Source of the DNA: Mytilus edulis
Lineage: Eukaryota
Direction of reading: 5' to 3'
DNA length: 64,000 bases
NCBI RefSeq assembly: GCF_963676685.1
Contig: NC_092357.1
Coordinates: 52,328,001 to 52,392,000 of the forward strand
Part shown: positions 1 to 12,600 of the stretch, piece after piece
How positions within the stretch are numbered: the first letter of the stretch is position 1
Layout: every line of letters begins with the position of its first letter
Notes under the pieces: generated by a model
Database searches by the model: none
What the model was told of the DNA's origin: nothing
What the model saw: only the letters and a program-made list of their open reading frames with translations
Position numbers and translations under genes: made by a program

Positions 1-298
1 GGTCCAAAAATAAACTTTGTTTGATTTCATCAAAAATTGAATTCTTGGGATTCTTTGATATGCTGAATCTAACCATGTATTTCGATTTTGGATTTTGGAC
101 CATACTAGGTAAATTTAAAATGTTTAAGTTCTGAGACCACATTCATTCTGTGTCAGAAAACTATGCTGTGTCAAATATTTAATCACAATCCAAATTCAGA
201 GCTGTATCAAGCTTGAATATTGCGTCCATACTTGCCCCAACTGTTCAGGGTTCGACCGCTGTGGTCGTATCAAGCTGCGCAAAGCGGAGCATTTTATT
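1..298 (+). mobile_element. 3' part of a Helentron-like non-autonomous (HINE/pearl-type) repeat
   Basis: Ends in a short GC-rich hairpin (gctgcgcaaagcggagc) followed by a T-run, like other HINE ends in the window; family recognised by architecture only. Confidence 0.4.
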
Positions 299-467
299 AC
301 AAATTGTGACTTGGATGGAGAGTTGTCTCATTGGAACTCCTACCACATCTTCTTATATATATATCTTTGTACCATTTTCATGCAACTCTAAAATTCCAGT
401 TTTTATTTTTGCACCCAGTTGTGAAATTAACTGTCATCTCTAAATCTCTTTAAATATTTTTTTACAG

Positions 468-627
468 CTGGTTCCAGCATGTTTGAAGGTTTATGGTCAG
501 ATAATTCACCTGATATCAAAGATAACTACTTCTTCAAACCATCTACATACGGTAATAAAATATGCAGTGGAGGGTGTAACTGTAACGAGAAAGATAACAT
601 TGTCACAGGCTGTTCTGGACCCACAGT
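468..627 (+). CDS. LRR gene exon (LRRNT cysteine cap)
   Basis: tttttacag|CTGG...CCCACAGT|gtaagt; 160 nt; encodes CSGGCNCNEKDNIVTGCSG. Confidence 0.8.
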
Positions 628-3600
628 GTAAGTAACTAACTTTGTGATTTAAACATAAACATGTTTAACTCCACCACATTCTGTATGTATGTCCCAAGTC
701 AAGAGCCTGTAATGCAGTGGTTGTCGTTTGTTTGTGTGTTACAATTACATTGTCAAATGTTGTTCTAGATATACTCTGTAAGTAACTTAATATTTGGTTT
801 AAAGATTAGAATTACTTTGTCACAGGCTGTTGAAAACTGGACCTATGTGAACATTTACATGAGCAAAGGAGTAGGCCCTTATAAGACCCCTTTGTCCCAA
901 AAATATTGCATTTTAACAAATTAGTTGTAAATTTAAAGTAAACATGAGCTATTAACTGGAAAGAAGAATACATTTGTTACATAAATATGGGCTGATTTTG
1001 ACAATACAATGCACACACACAAAGCTTGAAGACTACTTCAAATGTTTATGCTGATACACAGCTTGGTTTGTGTTTCTCAAACACTGTTTTCATGCACTGA
1101 TGCAATATGTTGATAGTTTTGATAAAATTCATAGTAGTTTGTCAGTTCTTCTTCCATAGGAGTTTGAATGTCTAATTAGTAGCTTCTGTCTAGGTGTTAC
1201 ACAATTTCTCCTAGAATGGAGGAAATAACTTGGAGAAGAATAAGACAAACTAAAACACAGATGATTAAAACATTTCTCAGTGGTGCTAGTTTGTAGTATA
1301 TTTTGTTCTTTCTCGAAAGGTGCAACGAAAGTTTTGTCTCTTGAATGTTATGGGTGCTCAAAGAAGGAGGACATAAGTAAGAGAAGACAATCTAAAACAT
1401 TCTGATGAATTAAAACATATCTTCAGTGGTGCGAGTTTGTAGTTTTTTTCTCAAGTAGTGAGACAGTGTGGCGCGGCTGCTCCTAGAAAGGTCGACTTTA
1501 CTGTAGTCTAGCTAATAGCTAAGAGAAGGAGAAAACAATCCAATAATTTCTTCGAGTTTGTTATATTTTTTCCCCTTCAGTTTGATACAGTAATAATAAG
1601 TGAGAGTGTTTGAGTGGTGTGAGTTAGCCTAGGACTAAGTTGTCATAAATTCATGACAAATTGAACAGAAAACCATTTCCGCCTGCTAACAAAACATAAA
1701 TTTAACAGTAAAGAACCAGCTATCATGGCTATTGGACTTTATTTGGGGTTTATATATATATATAATTAACTAAGCTATTTTAATTAAAGCAATTACTATA
1801 TTAAGTTATAAAGTACATTGCATATACTTATAAATTAGTCATCTTATGGTTTATATATTTCTCGATCAACTTGTAAAATTGGCTCGTGTATGTAACAACA
1901 TATTAGATTTTAGCGAGAGAAATTTATGTATTACTGAAAAATTATTACACCAGGGTTTTCGATATCACAAACTAGTCAAAACATTTACTAAATTTTATCA
2001 TCAGTATAAGGACAAAATTCGTAAATATAACTCAATATGCAGACTTCTTATACGTTCAGGTATTTCACATCCATTTTTTATGGTAATATTCTTTACAAAG
2101 CACAAAAATGTCAGTATTCACCTCAAATGCTAACAAAACCTGTAAACAGACTAATTAAGATGGGATATAGTTACGATACTGTTGTCATGTCATTAAAGAT
2201 TGCATATTTTGGCTTTAATATTGATTCACTTATGTATAGGGTCTTTGCATCGGAATTAAACACATTCATTAAAAAACCAGTTGTTGGTATGACACGGGTT
2301 ATGTTCTTCACATATATTTTATGATGGTATAATGCAAAATCCCTAACAGCAGGGGCATTTGTTTTATTTGAGGACATTTTAGTTATCCCCTTTGCCTATT
2401 AGACTGGATATTTAGAGATACAACATGTAGTAGATACAATGAAACTGTCAAGATAAGCCAAAGTTCAATTCAATCAATGCATCTTCTCATATAATATGTT
2501 ATGATGGTTATTTAACCCCGCCACATTATTTAAGTATGTGCCTGTCCCATGTCAGGAGCCTGTAAATTCAGTGGTTGTCGTTTGTTTATGTGTTACATAT
2601 TTGTTTTTCATTCATTTTGTTTACATCAATAAGGCCGTTAGTTTTCTCGTTTGAATTGTTTTACATTGTCTTATCGGGGCCTTTTATAGCTGACTATGCG
2701 GTATGGGCTTTGCTCATTGTTGAAAGCCGTACGGTGACCTATAGTTGTTAATGTCTGTATCATTTTGGTCTTTTGTGGATAGTTGTCTTATTGGCAATCA
2801 TACCACATCTTCTTTTTTATATGATGTTATGATGGTATGATACTAAACCCCTAACGAGAAGGATTGTGCCTGATATTCATATGATGAAGACATAATTTTT
2901 CAATCTGTTTAATTGAGGTCTGGAGCTGGCATGTCAGTAACTGCTAGTAGTCTGTTGTTATTTATGTATTATTGTCATTTTGTTTATTTTCTTTTGTTTC
3001 CTATTCTGACATCGGACTCGGACTTGAGTTTTACTGTACGTATTGTTAAGGTCTTTCCCCTACGTGAGGAAAGACCTTATTGTTTTTCTAATGTTTTTTT
3101 TCTTTTTAAGGTCTTTCTCCTACGTGAGGAAAGACCTTAATATTGTTTTTCTAATGTTTTTTCTTTTTCTTTTTTTTTCTTCCAACATTTTTTTGACATG
3201 GCCTCCTCATGTTTCTTTTGAAGTTGTCAAGACCAAATATTAACCATCGATAGACATCATCATGAGGTATTACCAAATGACCCTGTTAAGGATTTCATCA
3301 TATCAGTTATCTCCCCTTTATTCGTTTTTTTTCCTCTCTTTGTTTTTGAAGATATCATTACCTTATTTGGACAATTAGTAGGTTTCATCATGATGTAATA
3401 CTGTATGAGGCTGCGTAGGATTTCATCATCCATTTTGAGAGTTATACCCCCTTGAAGCAATTTCTTTTATTTGTATTTTTTTTCTCAAAAAGTATTAAAG
3501 ATAGAATCGAATTGAAAACAACAACATGTACATCCCTTTTACAGGAAAGACCTTTCAATTGTTTGTAAATTGTTTTACAAACAATTGAGATACTAGTTGT

Positions 3601-6600
3601 GCATTGGCAAGAGGTATAGGGGGAGGGTTGAGATCTCATAAAATATGTTTAATCCCGCATCATTTTTGCTTCTGTCCCAAGTCAGGAGTCTCTGGCCTTT
3701 GTTAGCCTTGTATCATTTTTAATTTTAGTTCCTTGTTTATATTTCGGAGTTAAGTATGACGTCCATTATATATCACTGAACTAGTATACATATTTGTTTA
3801 GGGGCCAGCTGAAGGACGACTCTGCGTGCGGAGTTTCTCGCTGCATTTAAGACCCATTGTTGGCCTTCGGCTGTTGTCTTCTCTATGATCAGTTTGTTGT
3901 CTCTTTGACACCTTCCCCATTTCCATTCTCAATTTTAATTTTACTAACTATTTATTGTTATTATTACTTCAGATGATCCTCTCCACAAATACAAACTGGC
4001 TTAAAAAATTTGGTCGCCAAATTTATAGTATAGGTATATATTGAGAATGAACAAGAATGTGGCCAAAAACCATCTGAAAAGTGACGTTTTATGACATATT
4101 TGATATATTTTTCATATCTAAGCTGAGCATCTGAAATGGTGAAATTAGTTTTAATCTATTACATCAACTAATTGAATTGACTGTAGAAGACATGTACTTT
4201 AAATTTAAGGCCAAAATTATCCTTACATGACCTCCTCCTCAATTGTATAAAGCCAAAATTAGCACTAAAGGATTTTTGAAATAATGTGGTAAATGTTTTG
4301 AATATTGATGAAAGCCCAACACATGACAAAATTTTCATAGAATATTGCTTCATGGGGAATTGTTTCCAGTCATTTGTTTTGACTGACCTTACTCTCTGCT
4401 TCATGTCAGTGCTTGCATGTTCTAGACTCAGCCTAAAACAGATTACCCATCTTTTGGGTAGAATATAAGAAATCTGCACTGAAGATTGAGTCCTGTACAT
4501 GTTATAAAAAAATACAAAAATATTGTACAAATTATAATTTGTATTTTGACTTTGTACGAATTTTAATTTGTACAAAAAGTGCTTGTACAAATTACAAATT
4601 ACAATTTGTACAAAATAGGACAAAAATTCACTTACAACTTGTACAATAATTGTTCATATGGATTTTGGCGAAAAAAGCATTGATACACATTATTGAATTG
4701 CTTGCTACGTTCTAAATGACCAGACAGTACACCTAAGTTACAAAATTCAAAAGTAGTTCTTTGTCATTCGTTTGAGCAGGTGATCTAGTGATTTTTGGTA
4801 TCAGGTATTGCAAACGATCTTTTGACTCTCAAATCGATAACGACCTGTTTTACAGGCATTTTAACTGTTCCATATAGCGAGCGTTGAAGCTCAGGAACCG
4901 TTACTGTGAATAAACATGTGTATTTAACTGCTTCAGTCAGACTTTTAGACAAAATAAATATCCCAGAAGATTAAACACCCCATTTGGTTAGGAATATGAC
5001 TATGCTAAAGTCAGGAATATGTCAGTTGTTTTTTTGCCGTTTTTTATCAATGTTTTTTTTTTCAACAAGGATCTTTGTTTTATGACTAGGCATAACACTT
5101 AACGGAAATCAGTTGAGACAATCTAAACTTTAAAAACAAAATAAAATGTATGCAGAGCAGACAGACGGACTTTTATTTTATAAGAAAACTAGTTGGTGTA
5201 GTATTATAAAATCATCAGACCCAATGGCATTGAACAATCAATCATTTCACAAACAAAAATGAAGCGGAATAAGTCATGTAAATCCAATCTTTTGATGTAC
5301 CAATTACAAATATAAATTATCACTTGCTTAAAGAAAGATTTGATTGTTTTCATGGACTTTTGGAAATAACGAATAAGTGGCAACAAATCTTTTGAGATCC
5401 TTTTCATTATCATCAAAACGCTGTACACGATCTTTCACGATACAAAATATGAAATTTTACAAATATAATCGTTTGCAAAGTTTCTGAATAAAAAAAAATA
5501 CCTCAAAATAACGATAAGAACTAATCAAGCAGTACTATTGAATGACATATTTTTTTTAAGAAAAAGACGTTTATCTATTAAAAATTTGAAAAAAATCCTA
5601 TTTGTTTACTTTTTTTTTTTCTCTCAAAAATTTCGAAGATCAGCCTGCCTTTTGTAGTTGTGTATAAACGTAAACTGGTCCGCCGTTCTATCTATAGCTT
5701 CGCACCGAAGGAACGGGTTGGAGCTATTGTCACATTGGCATTAATTGGACGAGTCGTACAAATTCAACGATTCGCTAATAAAACTGGCCAATTAAAGTGA
5801 TAGGAAATTGACCTCAAATGTTACTTCTGCGATGCCGCAAAATAAACAAGTATCTGTTAATTAACCCCATGGTGGTACTCGCAGATAAATGACCAACGAG
5901 CGTGTTAACATGTTCTTGACAAACTGAGCCGGTATCTTTCATTCCCTAAAGAACTCAGTAGGGTTATAAATGTGCTAATTTCTCTTTGATTTGCTATCAG
6001 TATAATACATAATCAACCATAGCACATGATGTACTAGTCTCGTCAAATTATTAAATCCCGTGGTCAGAATTCTGACCACGGGATTTAGGCCATACCTGTT
6101 GTCAGTGTAGTGATAAGTGAACACAACAGGGGTCCAGTTTAGTATAAACGGTGTATTATGATGATAAGGTTTAGTGTGTGGTCAGTTAATTACAATTCTA
6201 TCATGTGAATCATTGCATTTTTCACCAAAATTCGTATTTAAAAGTGTTGTACAAGTTATAAGTGAATTTTGGTCAAATTTTGTATGTAATTTGTACAGGC
6301 ACGTTTTGTACAAATTATTTGAACAAAGTCAAAATACAAATTATAATTTGTACAAAATGATAACTTGTACACAACATATATATTAATCAAATCAAATCAA
6401 AAATCAGATCTGTGAAAAACATAACATATATACAAAAATACACAATACAATATTAAAATACAAAATGTATGAAAGATATCAGGAGGTTTAAGTCACTTGA
6501 ATCAACATTTGCATTTGTTTATTATTGCAGCAAGATCCAGGGATATTCTTTTGAAAATGTTACCATGGATTCCTTTGAGAGCAGTGTCACCAGCATGTAA

Positions 6601-9600
6601 GTTTGTATGCTTTATAGAACAAATTTAAAAGGAAATAAGAAAATTGTGTAGGTATGTATATATGAGACAACATCAAGTGAGAATATAAAGAAAACTGAAA
6701 ACTGAAACCATGTTCCGTAAATTAATATGAGCATTTTATTGATAAGTTTTATGTTTTAATCATAACTTATTTACCTCTAGATAATTCCCTTATATTTACC
6801 TTGTATAAGGTCCAGAGTTCATTCTCCCCTACCAAACAAGAGTCAGCTATCATCCCTATAAAGCATTTAGAGGAAATCTGACAGGTACAAATATTAAGCA
6901 GGTGAAAATCTATCTGCCCTGAAATTGTCAGATGAATCAGACAACCTGTTGTTGGGTTGCTGCCCCAGATTAGGTAATTTAAAGGAAATTTTGAAGTTTT
7001 TTGTTATTATTTTGAATATTATTATAGATAGAGTCAAACTGCAAACAGCAATAATGTTCCGCAAAGTAAGATTTACAAGTAAGTCAACATGACAAAACTT
7101 GTCAATCGACCCCTTAAGGAGTTGTTGCCCTTAAGAGTCAATTTTTAACAATTTTTCGTAAATTGTTGTAATCTTTTACAAAAATCTTTTCCTGAAACTG
7201 ATGAGACAAATTTAACCAAACTTATCTACAATAATCACAAGGGTATCTAGTTTAAGAAAATGTGGCTGATGAACCTGCCAGCCAACCAAGATGGCCGCCA
7301 TGGATAGAAATAAAACATGGGGGTAAAATGAAGTTTTTGGCATTATATCTGAAACTAAAGCAAAAGTATAATATTTATTGACGTTGCGCACGATATTGGT
7401 GTCACTTTGCAAATATGGGTTAGAAGGCGGGTTATTCAAATTCAAGCTCTTATCCTATACAATAAATAGCCATGTTATGCATATCATTCGAAAGGAAATA
7501 AACCACAGAAATCAATAACATAGATGATTTTGTGCTTTGTCTATTTTTTAATGAAAAACTTTGCTCATTTCGATGCCTATAACGTCATTTCAAGGGTGTC
7601 CCGCTGTTACAATTTTGTTTTATGCGAGTCTTTAAAATCCCAGTGCGGATTCATTAGTAAGTAGAATGGTTAAAAAATTTACAATTGTTTTGTATACATT
7701 TAACTTTAAATGAAGTAACAGACGTTTTAAACTGTAAGAGAAGAAAGATCGTCAAAAGAGTTTAAATAAAAAAGAGAAAAAATGTCCCAATTAGCTGCTC
7801 AACACCGTAAATTTTTTTTCTGTCTTCACTTTCATAAGATATAACGGAAGAAATGGATTTTAATAATATCAGAAAAGTTATACATGTCCCGAAGAAGCTA
7901 TCTGAAGTCATCATTATGTAACTGCGGTCTTATTTTAAAAACATCGTAATTTTTCCCGTGTCCAATAAAATGTCCCGATGGACAAAATAACACAAAGAAT
8001 AATTCAGAGGCTTTTTATCAAACGAAATTCTACTATATCTCAATTTTTTAACACCTGTTAACTGATATGAATGGAAAATACATTTAATTTCCTTTAAAAT
8101 GATATAATATGGACTTTTGTTTGAGTTGCAGGTAGAAAATCCGAAACGATCTAAGATGTCCAATGAAATGTCCCCGTAACCGTAACTTGACGTTCGCGAT
8201 ATAATAACGTTAAATTGTATACGAATTTTCTTGCATATTTGGCATAGCAAACGTCACGCACGCTGTTCCTACAACCCCTATGATTTAAAACAAAATCTTC
8301 GAAATTTCCTCCGCAAAACAAAATAAAATGTTAACAAACACTAACCACTATAAAAACTAATTTAGTATATGTTTTCCTTTATGTTCTTATAGATCTTGGT
8401 CATATGCTTAGTAATATCTAGTATATTTGAGGATTAATACAACAAAGCTATGGGAAAAAAACGGATGTCCAACGTTACATTTTTAAACAACTGTTTTATC
8501 TCTTATGTATAGTGATCCTATTTCTTATTCTCTGATCTTCCCGAAACTTGGCAGAAGCAACAAAGTGTGTCAGTTCTCGATTAAATTAAAGCCGTTCTTT
8601 TGTCGAATTTCGTTTGACTAGGTGGCTGCATATTAAGCTGGAATAAGAAAAATGTCCAATGACGTTTTTCGTTGACTTAACGACTGAAAGGTAGTTTTAT
8701 AAGTAGACATAGCTAAAAATGACTAAAAAATATGAGATAATTATAACATCTACCGAAAGAACAAACATTTGCCTCATTGTTCGTGAGTTCAGAAATTGTA
8801 GATTCTATAAAACCACCCCTACACAGTCGTTTTTCAAGCGGTAGCCATTTTGTCCAAGTTGATATTTCATTTGTCCAAGCAATTAATCCGGTTTTTTTAC
8901 CTGATATTTCATTTATAATTTACCAAAACAAAAGTTAGATACACGAAAAGTACATAAAGTCTTGATTCTTTTTTTTTATTAACTGCATGTTTGGGTCTTA
9001 CAGGAATAAAATGCTACGAAACATTACAAAACGGTAGCCATTTTGTCCAAACGTCGAAAAATCCAAACAAACGCTTTTTTTTCGACGTTACATGTGCAAA
9101 ATTTGTTCCATTGTATATTCCTGATACTTAAAACTAATCGCGTGGTGAAATTTAAAAAAAATGCTGGTTGTCGAAAAAAAAACCCACGTTGAATGTTTTG
9201 CATGAAACGGAAGTAACTGAAAGACTTATCGGAAACAGCGACAAAAACAGATTCATTGAATTAATGCAACCCCGTATTATACGGACGATTCAGGAGAAGA
9301 TTAGTACATTTTAAAAGCAAACAACTTCAAATGACTGGGAAAATAATTTTCAAGATCGGGTTGTAGTAATTTTATTTAATGGTTGTATTTTCGACAAGTT
9401 ATGTGTCAAGCAAATTTTTAATACAATTCAATTCAAATTAATCAAGGGTAAATATGTTTTTATTTACTTGCAGAGTGTCGGATATATTTGTATTATTTAG
9501 AGTTGGATCAAGATATGAAAAATTTACAATAACAGATGATATGCACCATGCAATTTTAGCAGCCTGCGATTAAAGTTTTGTTATAATTCATTTATTGAAA

Positions 9601-12600
9601 ACCGTATACTTCTGTCCCATTTTTCCTTCCTTTAAGTTCATTACTTACGACAATACAACATTTTAAGGTGAATTAAGGGTAAAAATTATTTAATCGATTT
9701 CCACAACTTGAGGTAAATAAATTCATGGTAAATAGACATCACAAAATTAATAAGAGACAGATTTAGAATCAACCAACAACATAAAAAAAAGCAAATGAAA
9801 CTTACAAATTGAATAAATGTACGTCAAAAGTTTCAGAAAACTTTCTTTGACGTCGTGGTGGTGCAACGTCGCGTCGTGTTGTAGGAACATCGTGCGCAAC
9901 GTTAGCTCATAATTTCATGAAATGGTCTGATTTATATAAAATAAAGTTTTTGTTTAAAAATATGCATTAAAATACAGATCTGAATTAATTCATGCATATA
10001 AGATGTCGAAATATTTAACTCGGATATTTCATAAAGACAAGGCCCCGGAGGTAAAACAAAGAGATAATTTACGAATGACCACACTCACACGATACATTGA
10101 AAAAGAAAATGCGATCAAAATTGAGATCTTCTTAATTATCCTCCTAAGCCAGATAGTATCTGTAATTCCTAGCGTTGCTATTAAAAGATTCGAAGCTATA
10201 CACATGAATGAAAATTCTCACAAAAATTTTATGAGAAAAAGTACACCTTAGTCGTGAACCTTTCGTTAAAACGTACAATCCTTTTTTTATTTTGTCGCAT
10301 TGACTCATTTAACAAAAAGTTTTCAAATCAGAGAAATACTTGTATGTCATAAAACATTTCAGTATATCTGACGATCATTTTTTTTATATCTTCTGTGAGT
10401 AGAAAAATTCCTAGTCATCTACCTAGCTATATGTGTATGAAAAATAAAGTTATTACATTTAGAAGTATTGTGGGAGAATGACTATTACTTTCTCGAATCT
10501 CCAACAGAATTGCCTGGTACATAGGCATGTGATTGAAATAGAAACTTTTCTTTTACCATAAGTTGAGAAAGAACGAAAGAGAGAGAGTTATAGAGTAGTT
10601 GTCCGACATATATGATGGATGGCACACAAACATGTAGCAGCTAGCTCCAAGGTATTAATTTACAGACACTCCCAACTCATTCTAGAACAAGAAAAATCAA
10701 CCAATCAATCTGCGGTGTAAAGTAGATCTTTTTGTTATCTTCGTAGAACGCCACAAAACATAGCTTGAATATTAATTTTTACATCTCGATGACCGTGAGG
10801 GCATTCCGATGTATTGTTGCCATAGAGATTTGACTTTCGTTTTTGACTGGTAACCGATCGTATAAATACTCGGATATCATCGAGTGCAAATTAACATTTC
10901 TTATCGCTTGTTATGAATTCTCTTCTTCAATGAATACTCATAAGAACAGAAATTGGTAATACGAAAATATTATGTGGTTAGAAATATTTATATGCATTAA
11001 AATCTATACAGAAAATTTGTGCTAGCGCATGCGGAAAAATATCACAAGAAAGTTTTTTGGGAAAATATGAATGTCTACTCAAATCCAATCTATTGGAAAA
11101 ATCGAATTGTTAAAGAAAAGTGTCCACCATGCACTTGTACTGCACTTTTAGTAGAATCGTAGAATATAATGATATACAATTGGATGAAAATTATACATAC
11201 ATGTAACTGCTATATACAATATTAATATATTATATAACAACAAACCAGAGTATACGTATTTGTATCACCACAATATAATAGATATTAAAGCAGTGAAGTT
11301 GAATTCCTTGTCATTTATTAATCATCCACGCACGAACTTGTTTTTAGAAAAATACATCTTTGTACATAAACCTTAGTTTTCTGGTAAAACAATGTGATTT
11401 TTTTTGTAAGACAAGTGCCTGTGACCATCCACAAGAACTTGCGGTCATCAGAGGTTCAGTACTTCAGCACTTTGATTATACTTTTAAAACAATGTAAAAA
11501 CTAAACCAAAAAGATTGATACCAAAAACATAAAAATAATCAGATGATTGTCAAAGAAGATTTAGTGTAAACCGATACTCAGTTATATGTTGAAAATGGAA
11601 GCGCTGAACCAATTATATTGTATAGTATAAAAAATGCATGAAATGCATTCCTGGTCCATAGTTGTTCGCTTGAGAAAACACTGATCTATGTAAACATGCA
11701 CATATAGCAGTTACTTAAAAAATCACATCTAGTAAAAAAATAAATTGTATTATTCCAAATCGGATTTCGACCTGCTGGTAATCTGTGAGGTAGGTATTGG
11801 TCTGTGTAAGAGTTTTCCATACTTTGCCAAATTCTATAATTTCAAACATTTAAAAAAAAGTATTAATTGTCGACTCTTTTTTTAAGCTTGAGTTTGTGAA
11901 AAAATATGAGATGAAAGGATAGGTTGTAAAATATGTTTCCGAAAACAAAAACAAAACAATACAGATTCACGGTTCTCATATTCAAAATAAAGTAGAAGAT
12001 GCAGCCGTGTAAGACCAATTAATAATTCCTATATGAAAACAACAATGAGCAAAACTAACCTTATAGTCAGCTATAAAAAGCCCCGAAATGACAAATGTAA
12101 AACAATTCAAACGAGAAAACTAACGTCCTGATTTATGTACAAAATGTGTAAATTCCTACATAACAGTAATTTTCTTAATTATTTGCCAGGTAAAACAATC
12201 CTGATTTAAAAAATTTAATCAATGAAAACATTTTCTTTTTAAAAAAAATAATTTAGACCCGACCAACTTTAAATCATTGAAAGTTGACAACGGCAGCATA
12301 TAAGAGCATGTATTTTTTTTTAAACATGATGCACATTTTATAAAGTGTTTTTGTTAGAGATTTTTGAAATAATGATATATTTAACATGTTCCATAAAATC
12401 GGGATTGATGTTACGATTGTGGACTTACTTATACGTTGAAATAAATAATATGAATAAAATGTAATTATAAGTCACTGTTTAATTTTTTAAAAATAAAACT
12501 AAATGCTGGGACTTTTATATTAACGTTAGGATAATAGCCCAGGATTAAAGCGTTGATAAAATAAGATTATGAAAAGAAAAATAGCTGGCGATATACTACC

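Noticed and set aside
4286-4468. Cys-containing ORF (ACSRLSLKQI) as a possible LRRNT exon
   Set aside because: No convincing donor site, and exon 468-627 already supplies the cap and splices in phase to 6531
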